A stretch of 64,000 bases of DNA, taken from an uncultured Verrucomicrobiae bacterium (GTDB lineage: Bacteria; Verrucomicrobiota; Verrucomicrobiia; Verrucomicrobiales; Akkermansiaceae). The position numbers and the translations under genes were made by a program. The DNA lies in assembly GCA_963810445.1 (NCBI GenBank), contig CAWENZ010000052.1, forward strand, positions 257-64,256, read 5' to 3'. Shown here one piece after another: positions 9,306 to 20,199 of this stretch (positions are counted from its first letter, which is position 1; every line of letters starts with the position of its first letter). The notes under the pieces were generated by a model. The model was not told where the DNA came from, made no database searches, and was given only the letters and a program-made list of their open reading frames with translations.

Positions 9306-11351
9306 TCAGACGAGGTTGAAGGCACCGAGTGTTAGGTCGATCAGCTTGATGCAGGGAAACGGCGCGATGATGCCGCCGAGGCCGTAAATGAGGAGGTTGC
9401 GTCGCAGCAACGAGGCGGCGTTCATCGGCCGATAGGTGACGCCCTTGAGCGCCAGCGGAATGAGCGCGACGATGATCAGCGCGTTGAAAATCACCGCGCT
9501 GAGGATGGCGGATTGCGGGGAATGCAGGCCCATCACATCCAGGGCTGCCAGCGGTCCTTTCCCGGATGCCACTCCGAGACCCGCGAACAGGGCGGGAAGA
9601 ATGGCGAAGTATTTCGCCATGTCGTTGGCCAGCGAGAAGGTGGTTAGGGAGCCGCGGGTCATCAGCAGTTGTTTGCCGATCTCGATGATGTCGATGAGCT
9701 TGGTGGGATCCGAATCGAGATCGACCATGTTGCCCGCCTCGCGCGCCGCCTGGGTGCCGCTGTTCATGGCCACCCCGACATCGGCTTGGGCGAGGGCGGG
9801 AGCGTCGTTGGTGCCGTCGCCCGTCATGGCGACGAGGTGGCCGGCGGCCTGCTCGTCCTTGATGCGCCTCATCTTGTCCTCCGGCGTCGCCTCGGCCATG
9901 AAATCATCCACACCCGCTTCCGCGGCGATGGCGGCGGCGGTGCGCGGGTTGTCGCCGGTGATCATCACGGTGCGGATGCCCATTTCACGGAGTTTCGCGA
10001 AACGCTCGCGGATCCCGCCCTTGATGATGTCCTTCAAATGAATGGTGCCTAACACCCGCGCGCCATCGGCGACGACGAGAGGCGTGCCGCCCGCGCCGGA
10101 AACCTGGTCCACGTCGCGGGCGACTTCCGGCGGGAGCTTCCCGCCTAACGATTCCACATGGCGTCGCACGGCCTCGGCCGCGCCCTTGCGGAGCGAGCGG
10201 CCCTGCCAATCGACGCCGCTCATGCGGGTCTCGGCGGTGAAGGGGACAAAAGTGGCGGACGCCTCCGAGATCCCGTGCCCGCGGATCTCAAAGAGTTTTT
10301 TCGCAAGCACCACGATGGACCGGCCTTCGGGTGTCTCGTCCGCGAGCGATGAAAGCTGCGCGGCTTCCGCCAGATCTTTCGGCGAAACTCCGGGGGCGGG
10401 CAGGAAGTCGCTGGCCTGCCGGTTGCCGAGGGTGATGGTGCCGGTTTTATCGAGCAGCAGCACATCCACGTCGCCGGCGGCTTCCACGGCGCGACCGGAA
10501 GTGGCGAGGACATTGCGGCGGGTGAGGCGATCGATCCCGGAAATCCCGATCGCGCTGACGAGGCCGCCGATCGTTGTGGGAATCAGGCAGACCAACAAGG
10601 CGACCAGACTGCTGAATCCCGGAACGCTGCCGCCGACGCCTTGGCCGATCAGGAACTGGATGAAAGCGGGCAAGGTGAAGGTCACCAGGATGAAGATGAA
10701 GGTTAGGGAAACCAGCAACACGCCGAGGGCCCGCTCGTTCGGGGTTTTCTGGCGCTCGCCGCCTTCGACCAGGGCGATCATGCGGTCGAGGAACGATTTC
10801 CCCGGCTCACAGGTGATTTTCACGACGATGCGATCTGATAGGACGCGGGTGCCTCCGGTGACCGCGGACCGGTCGCCGCCGGACTCCCGGATGACGGGCG
10901 CGGATTCTCCGGTGATCGCGGATTCGTCCACGGATGCGATGCCCTCGACGATTTCGCCGTCGGCGGGAATGGCGTCGCCGGCTTCGCAGATGACGAGATC
11001 GCCGGGCCTGAGGTCGCCGGCATTGGCGGAGATTTCCCCGCCGTCCACCAGCTTGCGGGCCGGAGTGGTGACCCGCATCGCCCGCAGCGCGTCGGCCTGC
11101 GCCTTGCCCCGCGACTCGGCGAGCGCTTCCGCGAAATTCGCGAACATCACGGTGAACCAAAGCCAGACGACCAATTGCACCTCGAACAAGCTCGCGGCGC
11201 GGAAGAGCTGCGCCGTGCAAAGGATGGCCCCGACATAGACGGTGAACATCACCGGGTTTTTCCACTGCACGCGTGGATTGAGTTTTACGAGGCTGGGTAG
11301 CAGCGCGCCTTTGAGAAGCGCCGGATCGAAGATTGAGGAACGTGGTTTCAT
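9306..11351 (-). CDS. kdpB: K+-transporting P-type ATPase subunit B
   Basis: [24 protein letters not shown] phosphorylation site, [11 protein letters not shown]. Confidence 0.96.
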   Translation of the reverse strand: MKPRSSIFDPALLKGALLPSLVKLNPRVQWKNPVMFTVYVGAILCTAQLFRAASLFEVQLVVWLWFTVMFANFAEALAESRGKAQADALRAMRVTTPARKLVDGGEISANAGDLRPGDLVICEAGDAIPADGEIVEGIASVDESAITGESAPVIRESGGDRSAVTGGTRVLSDRIVVKITCEPGKSFLDRMIALVEGGERQKTPNERALGVLLVSLTFIFILVTFTLPAFIQFLIGQGVGGSVPGFSSLVALLVCLIPTTIGGLVSAIGISGIDRLTRRNVLATSGRAVEAAGDVDVLLLDKTGTITLGNRQASDFLPAPGVSPKDLAEAAQLSSLADETPEGRSIVVLAKKLFEIRGHGISEASATFVPFTAETRMSGVDWQGRSLRKGAAEAVRRHVESLGGKLPPEVARDVDQVSGAGGTPLVVADGARVLGTIHLKDIIKGGIRERFAKLREMGIRTVMITGDNPRTAAAIAAEAGVDDFMAEATPEDKMRRIKDEQAAGHLVAMTGDGTNDAPALAQADVGVAMNSGTQAAREAGNMVDLDSDPTKLIDIIEIGKQLLMTRGSLTTFSLANDMAKYFAILPALFAGLGVASGKGPLAALDVMGLHSPQSAILSAVIFNALIIVALIPLALKGVTYRPMNAASLLRRNLLIYGLGGIIAPFPCIKLIDLTLGAFNLV

Positions 11352-11407
11352 CCTGCGCGAAGCATGATCCACACGGTGAGCTCCGGTAGTTAAGCGATGG
11401 GAGCGGA

Positions 11408-11427
11408 GCGTTAAGATTGCGCTAAGA
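11408..11427 (-). promoter_or_regulatory. Candidate KdpE-binding direct repeat upstream of kdpB
   Basis: GCGTTAAGA / GCGCTAAGA (+ strand) with 11-bp period, 57-76 bp upstream of the kdpB ATG; OmpR-family geometry. Confidence 0.45.
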
Positions 11428-11452
11428 CGAAGGAAGTTCCAGGCTTCGCGAA

Positions 11453-12004
11453 ATGAAACGTTGTCCGTGGCTGCCGCTCCAACATCCGCTTTACGTCGAG
11501 TATCACGACACCGAATGGGGAGTTCCTTCGCGCGACGCGCGTTACCTGTTCGAGTGCATCTGCCTTGAAGGCGCACAAGCTGGCCTTTCGTGGTGGACGG
11601 TCCTCCAGAAGCGCGAGCAATACCGCAAGGTCTTCCACAACTTCGAACCCGCCAAGGTCGCGAGGATGACCGACAAACAACTGGAGAAACTCCTGCTAGA
11701 CCCCGGCATCATCCGCCACCGCGGGAAAATTTTCTCCGTCCGGCAGAATGCCCGCGCGTGGATGGAACTCGACCACCCCGTGGAATGGATCTGGAGCTTC
11801 GTCGGTGGCCAACCGATCGTGAACCGCTTCAAGGTGATGGGAGACTTCCCCTCACGCACGACCGAGTCCGACGCCTTGTCAAAGGCTCTCAAGAAAGCCG
11901 GATTCAACTTCGTCGGCAGCACCACGATGTATGCCTTCATGCAGGCCGTCGGGATGTTCAACGACCACACCACCGATTGCTTCCGGCGGCCGCAAACGGT
12001 TTAG
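11453..12004 (+). CDS. tag: DNA-3-methyladenine glycosylase I
   Basis: [42 protein letters not shown]. Confidence 0.95.
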   Translation: MKRCPWLPLQHPLYVEYHDTEWGVPSRDARYLFECICLEGAQAGLSWWTVLQKREQYRKVFHNFEPAKVARMTDKQLEKLLLDPGIIRHRGKIFSVRQNARAWMELDHPVEWIWSFVGGQPIVNRFKVMGDFPSRTTESDALSKALKKAGFNFVGSTTMYAFMQAVGMFNDHTTDCFRRPQTV

Positions 12005-12344
12005 GGACGACACGTCATCGCGTAAAACGTCATCACGTAGTTCCTTTATGGCCGGAAATGGGATATTTGTTTTCCTGTCGCCGCGAGCAACCCTGTTTCC
12101 CCCCCTCGACCTGCGGACAGCGACAAAAACCAACTCCCCCCGAGTTGAGCCTCTCACAAGGCTTGAAAAGGCCGGCGAAAATCGAAACTCCCCCCAGTCG
12201 ATTTTCTCCGGCTTCTTTTTTTGTCCTGTCGTCCGCCTCGTGTCCGCCTTGAAATTCCCCATTCCCGGCGATTCTCCGGGGATGGAGCAATTTTTCCCTT
12301 CCCAAACCCGCGATCACGGCTTACTCCTCGCGCCCGCCTGAAAT

Positions 12345-12420
12345 GGTGGTCGTAGTTCAATGGTAGAGCCCCAGATTGTGATTCTGGTTGTTGCGGGTTC
12401 GAGTCCCGTCGATCACCCCA
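12345..12420 (+). tRNA. tRNA-His (GTG)
   Basis: G-1 plus acceptor stem GTGGTCG/CGATCAC, anticodon arm CCAGA-TTGTGAT-TCTGG, GGTTCGAGTCC T-arm, encoded CCA. Confidence 0.96.
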
Positions 12421-12483
12421 TCTTTCCCATCGGGATCTCGCGGAGGTCTGGAAGGGGGAGAAGGAAACTTAGTAGAACGACTG

Positions 12484-13167
12484 ATGCAGCCGCTTGAGAG
12501 CCGGATTCATTACAAATTTCGCAATTCGCTGCTGTTAGCGGAAGCGTTGACCCATCCCAGCCTCGCTTACGAGTCGCAGAAACCGCATTTCGACAACCAG
12601 CGGATGGAGTTTCTCGGGGATGCCGTCCTCCAGTTGATCGTCACGGAAGAGCTTTTCAAGATGTTCCCGGACTTCACCGAGGGCCGTCTCACCAAACTCC
12701 GCTCGCGCGTGGTTTCGCGCCGGGCGCTCGCCCGATTCGCGATGGCGATCCATCTCGGCGACTATGTCCTGCTTGGCAAGGGCGAGGAGGCCACCGGCGG
12801 CCGGCGACGCCTGTCGACCCTGGCCGATGCCTTTGAATCCCTGATCGGGGCGGTCTATCTCGACTCCGGGCCCGACCCGGCACGTGAGCTGGTGCTGCGT
12901 TTGTTCGAATCTGAAATCGGCAACATGATCACGAGTCCCGAGGAGCGGAATCCGAAGGGCGAGCTCCAGGAATGCCTCCAGGCCATCCACCCGCAGGCCC
13001 CGGTCTATCGGGTCATCGGCGAGAGCGGTCCCGACCACCGCCGTGTTTTCCAATCCGAGGTTTCCTGGCAAAACACCGTCCTCGCCACCGGCAAGGGCAA
13101 GAGCAAGAAGGAAGCCGAAGCCCGCGCCGCCGCGGAAGCGTTGCGGGCGCGGTTGTGGGAGAAGTGA
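12484..13167 (+). CDS. rnc: Ribonuclease III
   Basis: ALTHPS, NQRMEFLGDAVL, ADAFESLIGAVYLD, C-terminal dsRBD (NPKGELQE, GKSKKEAE). Confidence 0.96.
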   Translation: MQPLESRIHYKFRNSLLLAEALTHPSLAYESQKPHFDNQRMEFLGDAVLQLIVTEELFKMFPDFTEGRLTKLRSRVVSRRALARFAMAIHLGDYVLLGKGEEATGGRRRLSTLADAFESLIGAVYLDSGPDPARELVLRLFESEIGNMITSPEERNPKGELQECLQAIHPQAPVYRVIGESGPDHRRVFQSEVSWQNTVLATGKGKSKKEAEARAAAEALRARLWEK

Positions 13168-13172
13168 TTTGT

Positions 13173-13210
13173 AGAAATAGGTCCCACAGGGCGCATAGGA
13201 CCTATTTTCT
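13173..13210. terminator. Hairpin between convergent genes (possible bidirectional terminator)
   Basis: AGAAATAGGTCC ... GGACCTATTTTCT inverted repeat. Confidence 0.5.
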
Positions 13211-14063
13211 AGGTCCCCAGCTTCGAACAAGCCCGCAGGTATCCCACACATTGTGCGATCTCCGGCAGATTGGATTTCCAGTTTGCTTCGTATTCGATGC
13301 TCACGTTTCCGGCGAAGCCGTGCCGCCGGACCTCATCGAGGATGGTGGGAATCCCGAAAATACCGGTGCCTAACGGCTGGTCCCGCGACCATTCCGTGAC
13401 CGACGCCCGGTCCTTCATGTGAAATGATCGGACACGGGGAGCAATTCGCCGGATGATCTCCAACGGATCCAGGCCGGAGCTCGCCCAATGACCGATGTCC
13501 GCGCAGAAGCCGATGTTCGCGTGCCGGTCTTCGATGGCTTTCCAGATCGTGTCCGGATTCCACAGCGCGGTGGGCTTCGGGTGATTGTGGAAACAGACCT
13601 TGATGTCGTATTCCGATGCGAGCTTCTCAAGAACGTCGAGCGAGCCTATGGATTCGGTGGTGATGCCGTACAAGCCGAGCTTTCGGGCGAACTCGAAAAT
13701 CCCGCGGGCTGCGGCTTCGTCATTCGGGATGTCGATGACGCCGAGGTTGATCGGGGCGACATGATGTTTTGCTAGATGGTCGATAAGCGACCGAAGCTGC
13801 ACATCGGGCATGTCCGGGCTGAGGACGGCATTTCCGAATTTCCCTCCAAGCTTCTGGCCCGGATAGATCTCAACGCCACCCGCACCCGCGGCGGCGGCCA
13901 TCTCGATGGCCTCGAAAAGCGTGAACTCCTTGAAGGACCAGCACTGGATCGAGATCGCGAAACCCGCTTCCGTGAACGCCGGTTGTGGGACCGGTTCGCC
14001 GTTCGCGCGGAAGGCCAGCAACGCGGAGGCCGCGGGAAAGAGGGATAGAAGGGAGCGTGCCAT
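13209..14063 (-). CDS. Exported sugar phosphate isomerase/epimerase (xylose-isomerase-like TIM barrel)
   Basis: VEIYPG, FHNHP, DIGHW, FHMKD, SIEYE metal ligands; signal peptide. Confidence 0.85.
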   Translation of the reverse strand: MARSLLSLFPAASALLAFRANGEPVPQPAFTEAGFAISIQCWSFKEFTLFEAIEMAAAAGAGGVEIYPGQKLGGKFGNAVLSPDMPDVQLRSLIDHLAKHHVAPINLGVIDIPNDEAAARGIFEFARKLGLYGITTESIGSLDVLEKLASEYDIKVCFHNHPKPTALWNPDTIWKAIEDRHANIGFCADIGHWASSGLDPLEIIRRIAPRVRSFHMKDRASVTEWSRDQPLGTGIFGIPTILDEVRRHGFAGNVSIEYEANWKSNLPEIAQCVGYLRACSKLGT

Positions 14064-14092
14064 GGCTTTCAAGGGTCATGGCGTGGCTGCCA

Positions 14093-14302
14093 TCAGTCGT
14101 TCCGGTTGATGATCGCCTTCTTCAGCTTGGCATATTCCTTGTCCGTGATGATGCCTTGCTGACGTGCTTGTTCGAGATCGGTCAACTGCTGGCCGACGCT
14201 GCGCTCGTTGGTGCTGGTGACTTTCGTGCTGCTGCCGCATCCGCTGAGTCCACAGGAAATGGCGACGAGCAAGGCACTGGATAGAATCGATCGGGCGTTC
14301 AT
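14093..14302 (-). CDS. Small lipoprotein with SHOCT-like domain
   Basis: Lipobox LSGC; GQQLTDL...GIITDKEYAKLKKAII. Confidence 0.75.
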   Translation of the reverse strand: MNARSILSSALLVAISCGLSGCGSSTKVTSTNERSVGQQLTDLEQARQQGIITDKEYAKLKKAIINRND

Positions 14303-14336
14303 TGGGGAAGCGATTGAATGGGCGGAAGATGCCAGA

Positions 14337-15722
14337 TCAGGCGAGAGCTGCCAGCAGTTTCTGATGGATGCCGCCGAATCCACCGTTGCTGAGGACGGCG
14401 ATGACATCACCCGGCTTCGCGGTTTCCTTGACCTTGGCGATGATGGTCTCGAGGTCGGGTAGATACCACCCCTGGCCGCCGAGGCGGGCGATGTCGGCGG
14501 AGAGTTTGTCGGGGTCGAGCCGGTCGTTTTCCGGAATCTTGTGAAGATCGGGGATGCCGGCGACGATCGAGAAATCCGCGGCGGCGAGGGCTTCGGCGAG
14601 TTCGGTCTGGAAAACCGCGCGGCGGGTGGTGTTGGAGCGGGGTTCAAAGAGCACCCACAACCGTGAATCGGGGTGACGTTGGCGAAGGCTTTGCACCGCC
14701 AGGCGGATGGCCGTGGGGTGGTGGGCGAAGTCATCGAAAACCTTGATGCCGTTCGCCTCGCCCTTGAGTTCCTGGCGACGGGCGACACCGTCGAAGCTTT
14801 CCAGTCCGGCGCGGATCTCGTCGGGTGTTAGGCCGGCGAAAGTGGCGGCGGCGACCGCCATCGCGGCGTTGCGCACGTTGAACTCGCCGGTCATCGGCAC
14901 CGAGTAGGATTCACCACCCAGGGTGAACGAACTACGATCCGTCTCGTAGCTGACATTTCCGATACGGAGGCCATTCGCTTCGCCGAAGCCGACGGTAGTG
15001 ACGGGGCACGGCGCCTTGTCAGCGACATCGAGGCAGTTCTGTTCGTCGCCGTTCACGTAGGCATGGCCACCGCGCGGGACGATGTTGAGCAGGCGGCGGA
15101 AGGTGAGCTTGATCTCGTCGATGTCCTTGTAGATGTCCGCATGGTCGAACTCGACATTGTTCACGACGACGCATTCCGGCAGGTAGTGGAGGAATTTCGA
15201 ACGCTTGTCGAAAAAGGCGGTGTCGTATTCGTCGCCTTCGAGGACGTTGAATTCCGAGTCCGTGAAATGAGCACCCGCACCGAGGTTTTTCGGCAGGCCG
15301 CCGATCATGTAGCCGGGATTGCGACCGGCGTTCTTGAAGATCCACGCGAGCATGGACGAGGTGGTGGTCTTGCCGTGGGTGCCGGAGACGACAAAGTTCC
15401 GTTTTCCCCGCAGGAAGAACTCCTTCATCACCTCGGGCAGGGAATGATAGAGCAACTTGCGGTCGAGCGTGGCCTCGGCCTCGGGATTTCCGCGGGAAAT
15501 GGCGTTGCCGATGATGACCACGTCGGTGTCCGCCGGGATGTTGTCCTCATGGTAACCTTCCGTCAGCACAATCCCCTGATCCCGAAGGAAATCCGACATC
15601 GGCGGGTAAACGCTTGAGTCCGAACCGGTGACGGTGAAGCCACGTTGTTTCATGGCGGCGGCGACGGCTCCCATGGCCGTGCCACAGATACCGGTGAAGT
15701 GAAAACGGGTTTTGTCTGACAT
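14337..15722 (-). CDS. mpl: UDP-MurNAc:L-Ala-gamma-D-Glu-mDAP ligase (murein peptide ligase)
   Basis: GICGTAMG, VYPPMS, GTHGKTTT, EGDEYDTAFFDKRSKF, DDFAHHPTAI, EPRSNT, SNGGFGGIH. Confidence 0.93.
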   Translation of the reverse strand: MSDKTRFHFTGICGTAMGAVAAAMKQRGFTVTGSDSSVYPPMSDFLRDQGIVLTEGYHEDNIPADTDVVIIGNAISRGNPEAEATLDRKLLYHSLPEVMKEFFLRGKRNFVVSGTHGKTTTSSMLAWIFKNAGRNPGYMIGGLPKNLGAGAHFTDSEFNVLEGDEYDTAFFDKRSKFLHYLPECVVVNNVEFDHADIYKDIDEIKLTFRRLLNIVPRGGHAYVNGDEQNCLDVADKAPCPVTTVGFGEANGLRIGNVSYETDRSSFTLGGESYSVPMTGEFNVRNAAMAVAAATFAGLTPDEIRAGLESFDGVARRQELKGEANGIKVFDDFAHHPTAIRLAVQSLRQRHPDSRLWVLFEPRSNTTRRAVFQTELAEALAAADFSIVAGIPDLHKIPENDRLDPDKLSADIARLGGQGWYLPDLETIIAKVKETAKPGDVIAVLSNGGFGGIHQKLLAALA

Positions 15723-15866
15723 CGAAGGGCGCGAGGCTAAGGCGCGATTTCCGACCTGCCAATCAGGAATAGTGAATATGATCCCAAGGCCAATGCCCAT
15801 GAGATGTGGACTGCGGTGCGTTTCAGGCCCAGGGTTTCAGTTTGCGTGACCACCAAGCGCCAAGGC

Positions 15867-16865
15867 TCAATCCACTTTCGCGGGGACAAGATATTTCCGG
15901 GCAAACTCGGCCGACACGTCCTTTTTCTCACGGATCCAAGTGAGTTCGTCCTCGCGTACCGCGGCGGCAAGTTTTTCTCCGATCGCGAGCCGTTCCTTCA
16001 GCTCAAGCTCGATTTTTTCCGGATTCAATCCATCACTGAACGTGATTCTAACCATATCGAATTTCTTGGTGAGTCTTAGTTTCTCGTCCGGGTCAGTGGC
16101 TTCTTTGGAAGCGTGCAGGTAAGCGAGGCTGGCGAGATGGGCGGCATTGACCTCGCGTTTGCCGGCGGTGAGGAGGTCTCCGAGTGCTTCTTGAAGAAGT
16201 GGATTGTCGAAGTCCGCGAAGCGCATCATTCCCAACACTCCCTTGATGGCTTCGCGACGGAGTTGCTCGGTCAGGATCCTGGGCTTCGTCATGGGTTGCC
16301 TCGATATGACGTAGGCGGCAAAACCAGAACCATCGAAACGGGCAATCTTCTGACTACCCGGTTGCTCCGTCAGGACCGGCTTCCCCGCCACCGCCCACTC
16401 GACGAGCCATTTCTGATATTTTTCCCGACCGAAGTGGGCATCAGCATTGATGGAAAGTGCCTCGTTGATGAAGTCGAGAGCTTTGGGGAGTTCCCCGGTG
16501 TAGATCTTGAACGTGCCCATGTTGGAATAGGTCTCGTAGATGCCGGGCTGGATTTTCTCCTTCCTGCTCATCGTTTCACAGGCTGCCAGATGATCGCCCA
16601 ATTTGTGCTGGGAAACGGCGAGATCATCGTAGGCCTCAAGCAACTTCGGATTGGCCTGCAACTTCAATTTGGATTCCACGACACGCCATTCATGAAACTC
16701 GCGAGAGTGGCGGGGAAAGTTGCCGGTGATGAGATCGATGACCTCTGGAAACCGCGCGTTCTCCGCGTCGAGTGTGTCCCGATCCCAAAGACAGGCGGAG
16801 GCCCTCGCAACCAGAAGGAGTGCCAGACAAGCGTGGAGGATGGGAAATGGCAGGCGGATTTTCAT
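15867..16865 (-). CDS. Exported TPR-containing hypothetical protein
   Basis: Signal peptide then CLWDRDTL; TPR-like helices; NADAHFGRE. Confidence 0.75.
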   Translation of the reverse strand: MKIRLPFPILHACLALLLVARASACLWDRDTLDAENARFPEVIDLITGNFPRHSREFHEWRVVESKLKLQANPKLLEAYDDLAVSQHKLGDHLAACETMSRKEKIQPGIYETYSNMGTFKIYTGELPKALDFINEALSINADAHFGREKYQKWLVEWAVAGKPVLTEQPGSQKIARFDGSGFAAYVISRQPMTKPRILTEQLRREAIKGVLGMMRFADFDNPLLQEALGDLLTAGKREVNAAHLASLAYLHASKEATDPDEKLRLTKKFDMVRITFSDGLNPEKIELELKERLAIGEKLAAAVREDELTWIREKKDVSAEFARKYLVPAKVD

Positions 16866-17052
16866 TCTTTCGAATTAACGGCTCAGTGGATGTTAGGCAC
16901 GGGAATTCATTTTGCCAATCTGGAAATCGCCGGATTCGAAGCCGGGGAATCGGCTTTTGGAAGATATTGAAGGCTTCTGAGCCAGCAACGTGGTCAAATG
17001 ACAGCAGACCTTGGCCTTGCCTGTGAAAAGCGTCTATGGCAGCCTATAAGTC

Positions 17053-17289
17053 ATGAGTGCTCTTTCCACAGTTCCCGTTGATCCGAACGAGCTTCGTCCG
17101 CTTCTGCATGCGGAGGTGGACAAGCTGCGCGACGAGAACCTTCTGCTGCTGCACCGGGTGGCGATGGAATTGGAGCTCGAGGAAGTCACGGAGCGGCTCG
17201 ATGCCGGCTTCGACGAGGATCGTCTGGCAGGCAAACTGGCGCGCGTTCCTGAGATCATTCGCGAGGCGCGCGCCGCGCTTCACAGGTGA
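17053..17289 (+). CDS. Small acidic helical hypothetical protein (antitoxin-like)
   Basis: 78-aa ORF with host-like codon usage. Confidence 0.55.
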   Translation: MSALSTVPVDPNELRPLLHAEVDKLRDENLLLLHRVAMELELEEVTERLDAGFDEDRLAGKLARVPEIIREARAALHR

Positions 17290-17327
17290 TCCAAAGGTTT
17301 GGCTCCTGAAAGTGCCGCGGCAAACAA

Positions 17328-17708
17328 CTACTCCGACCGCAATTTGCCGCCGCTCATGAAAAGGAGGCAACTGATGCTCAAAAGAATGATGGTTTCCAAG
17401 GAGACCAAGGGCATGATCTGGAGAATCTCCCCGAAGTAAGCGAGCATTTCGATTCCGCGACCACCGGTAATGCAAGCATTGAGACCCTCATCGATCACGT
17501 GAATGGATCCGACCGACAAGCCAAAAATGCCGATGATCAGCGGGAGCAGGGAGAATGGGAGAAAAGCGGCGCGGTATCGAAAATCCAACCGGCGGAAGTG
17601 AATCAGACCGGCGAAAACCGTTCCCGCAAAAAACACGACAATCGAGATTTGTCCGGCAATCCCGATCTCCGCGAGGTATCCGAGAAATGTCCTTTCGGGC
17701 GGGATCAT
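17328..17708 (-). CDS. Hypothetical membrane protein (3 TM)
   Basis: Three hydrophobic segments in 126 aa. Confidence 0.6.
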   Translation of the reverse strand: MIPPERTFLGYLAEIGIAGQISIVVFFAGTVFAGLIHFRRLDFRYRAAFLPFSLLPLIIGIFGLSVGSIHVIDEGLNACITGGRGIEMLAYFGEILQIMPLVSLETIILLSISCLLFMSGGKLRSE

Positions 17709-17772
17709 GTCTTTTTAACATCTAACGGATTTCGCGGATGAACGGCGATGGTCCTGCGGTGCCTTTCAAATT

Positions 17773-17797
17773 GCGACGGTCACAGACGCGCCGCTAC
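17773..17797 (-). repeat. Single GTAG-type REP-like palindrome
   Basis: Minus strand GTAGCGGCGCGTCTGTGACCGTCGC: GTAG tetranucleotide plus imperfect hairpin just after a stop codon. Confidence 0.45.
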
Positions 17798-17802
17798 ATG
17801 CT

Positions 17803-18684
17803 TCAAAACGTCGGAGCTGCCACCGTCGCGTTGTCACGTTCCTCGATGCGGCGGCGGAGGATGCGGTCGGCGGTTTCGGTGACCATCTCCTTGAGAAGGA
17901 GCCAGAGGTGGGAGCCTTCGCGGTAGTCGGCGGGGGCGATGTGTTTGACGCGGCCAGCGTGGGTGGAGAGCTGGAAGCATTTCCGGAAGGATTTTCCAGA
18001 TGGATCCTCGGGGTTGTAAACGGCGATGCCTTGGCCGCCGTTCCTTGCCATGACCGTGAAGCAGGGAACGTCGGTCGGGCCGTCGCCGACATAGACCATG
18101 TTCTCAAACGGGATGGGCCGTTGCTCGGGAGGCATGTGGTCGTTGACGTCCTGGTCGTAGCCTAACATGCCCTTGTTGATGCGGAAGAGGAACTGCGTCT
18201 TGGTGGTGTGCGAGATGGCGCGCTTGGGGAAACTGATGCGGCCCTCGGCATCCTCGCCGAACTCGCAGCCGAACATCGCCTTGACGTAGGGTTGCAGGCG
18301 CGAGCCATCTAACAAAGCCTTGAGGCCGGAGGAGATGATGTAGTGCTCGATCTTGATGCCGGCCAGCTCGTGCTCGGGGCGGAGGGCGGCTTTCGGCAGG
18401 GCCTCGAAGAGCTCGGGAAGACCGGGGAAGAATCGCAGGCCGGCACCGAGTTCGGTGAGGCGCTTGTTGGTCACATTGTCCATCCCGAGGTAGTCGAGAA
18501 GGCATTTCATGTAGGCGAGCTCGCCGTCCCACTTCTGGTCGTGGACGAGGGTGTTGCACTTGGCCCAGAATTGCGCGGGGTCGATCCCGAACTCGGGAAA
18601 CACCACGTCGTCCTGCATGTAGCGGGGGCTGAGGGTCTGGTCGTAGTCGTAAACCAGCGCGATGGTATTTTGCGGAGCTGCCAT
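17803..18684 (-). CDS. HAD-superfamily hydrolase
   Basis: YDYDQTL motif I, IISSG motif [12 protein letters not shown] motif IV. Confidence 0.9.
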   Translation of the reverse strand: MAAPQNTIALVYDYDQTLSPRYMQDDVVFPEFGIDPAQFWAKCNTLVHDQKWDGELAYMKCLLDYLGMDNVTNKRLTELGAGLRFFPGLPELFEALPKAALRPEHELAGIKIEHYIISSGLKALLDGSRLQPYVKAMFGCEFGEDAEGRISFPKRAISHTTKTQFLFRINKGMLGYDQDVNDHMPPEQRPIPFENMVYVGDGPTDVPCFTVMARNGGQGIAVYNPEDPSGKSFRKCFQLSTHAGRVKHIAPADYREGSHLWLLLKEMVTETADRILRRRIEERDNATVAAPTF

Positions 18685-18768
18685 GTTGATGCGGCAAGGA
18701 AACCACGGCCCGGCCTTCCTACAAGGCGGAATATCGCAATGTGCCGGACGATTCCGAAATGGATCGCT

Positions 18769-20199
18769 TCAGTCCCGGGATTTCAACCGGATGTAGCGTT
18801 TCCGCTCACGGGTGATCGGTGTGTTGTCGCGGACTTTCAGCAAGGTGTCGGTGTCGGTGATGACGGTGGTGTGCCGGTCGCCACTGAACCAATCGACAAG
18901 ATCCGGAGAAACCTGGACGGTTTGCATCGCCCCGGGTGTCTTCCTGACGGTTAGAGCGAGGTATTTCCTGCCTTCGAAAACCTCGGTGGTGATGGATGGC
19001 TGAGTGTCTGGCGGATTGTCACCGGATTTCCGAGTCTTGGAGACCGAGGCTCCGAGACCATGCAAAGCTGCCGACCCGAAGCTGGTTGACGATGCAATGG
19101 ACCGCGTGGATTTCTTCTTCTTCGTTTTCTTGATCCTGAAGACCTTCAGCTCGGCCACATTCGTATCGGTGTATCCGTTCGCTTCCGACAGGCTGCGAAG
19201 GCGGAGGTAGCGACCTTTCTTGGGTCTGAAGTAAACCTCCTTCTGGTTGATCGAACTTTGGAAAACGCCCTTGGCAACGGGTGCCCCCCAGTTCTTGCCG
19301 TCCATGCTGACATAGAACCGATATTCCCCGATGTCGCCAATGTTGAAGCCGTCCTGTCGCGGGAGATATTGAAAACCATCGATGGTCCTGACCTCCTTCA
19401 TGTCGATCTGGATTTCGTGAGGTTCATTGACCAGGGTGACATTCGTGAACTGGGTGTGCCAGAAGGTGGTCGGGTCGCCGTCGAAGGCTTTTGTCGCGGC
19501 GTAGTTGCTGACTTCCTGGCTATCGACATAGTGGAGTTTCCATTTCTTGTGGGAAATCTCCTGCGTGACCGGTGAGTTGACGATGATGGTCCTCACCTCG
19601 GGGGTCGGGTCCGGGAGCCCCAGAGAATTGGTCACGGTGAAGGTGACCTGATAGGTTCCGGGCTGGTAGAACCTCCGGTTGCCGGGAGCCAATTTCGCGG
19701 AATCGGGAATTCCCGAACTCTCTCCGAAAGTCCATTGATAGCTCACCGTGGTGTTGCGATTGGGGTCCGCGGCTTCCCCTTCAAAATTCACCTGCCCTCC
19801 AACCTCGATCGTCGTCGTGCCCGACGCGGGTGACGTGATCGATCCGCTGGGAGGTTTGGGAACGGGTTCCTTGCGTGGGGTGTAGGAAATCTCATCGGAA
19901 CGGCGTCCAAAAGTTCCGGCCTTGTTGCGGGCGGCGACGACGAAATAGTAAGTGACCCCTGGTTCGAGGTTGTCGATGCTGGCGGAGATCTCGTTTCCGG
20001 CGTCGAACTTGAACGGATAATTGCCGGATTGCGTCCCGTAGCGGATCTCGTATGCGGCGATGTTCTTCTCAGGATTCCTATTCCAGGCCAGCTCGACGGA
20101 AGCCGCCGAGGCGGATGAGAGGGAGGAAATGAATCCGAGAATGAATGAAAGAAGGGGGAGTCCCGGCCAAGGGATACATTTCAAGATAACTCGTTGCAT
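18769..20199 (-). CDS. Secreted FN3 + PKD + F5/8 (discoidin/CBM32) domain protein
   Basis: LAW..YEIRYG..LEPGVTYYFVV (FN3); YQWTFG..PGTYQVT (PKD); AFDGDPTTFWHT..YLPRQDG (discoidin). Confidence 0.85.
   Translation of the reverse strand: MQRVILKCIPWPGLPLLSFILGFISSLSSASAASVELAWNRNPEKNIAAYEIRYGTQSGNYPFKFDAGNEISASIDNLEPGVTYYFVVAARNKAGTFGRRSDEISYTPRKEPVPKPPSGSITSPASGTTTIEVGGQVNFEGEAADPNRNTTVSYQWTFGESSGIPDSAKLAPGNRRFYQPGTYQVTFTVTNSLGLPDPTPEVRTIIVNSPVTQEISHKKWKLHYVDSQEVSNYAATKAFDGDPTTFWHTQFTNVTLVNEPHEIQIDMKEVRTIDGFQYLPRQDGFNIGDIGEYRFYVSMDGKNWGAPVAKGVFQSSINQKEVYFRPKKGRYLRLRSLSEANGYTDTNVAELKVFRIKKTKKKKSTRSIASSTSFGSAALHGLGASVSKTRKSGDNPPDTQPSITTEVFEGRKYLALTVRKTPGAMQTVQVSPDLVDWFSGDRHTTVITDTDTLLKVRDNTPITRERKRYIRLKSRD

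Noticed and set aside
12388-12483. N-terminal extension of RNase III
   Set aside because: That start lies inside tRNA-His; ATG 12484 matches the family N-terminus.
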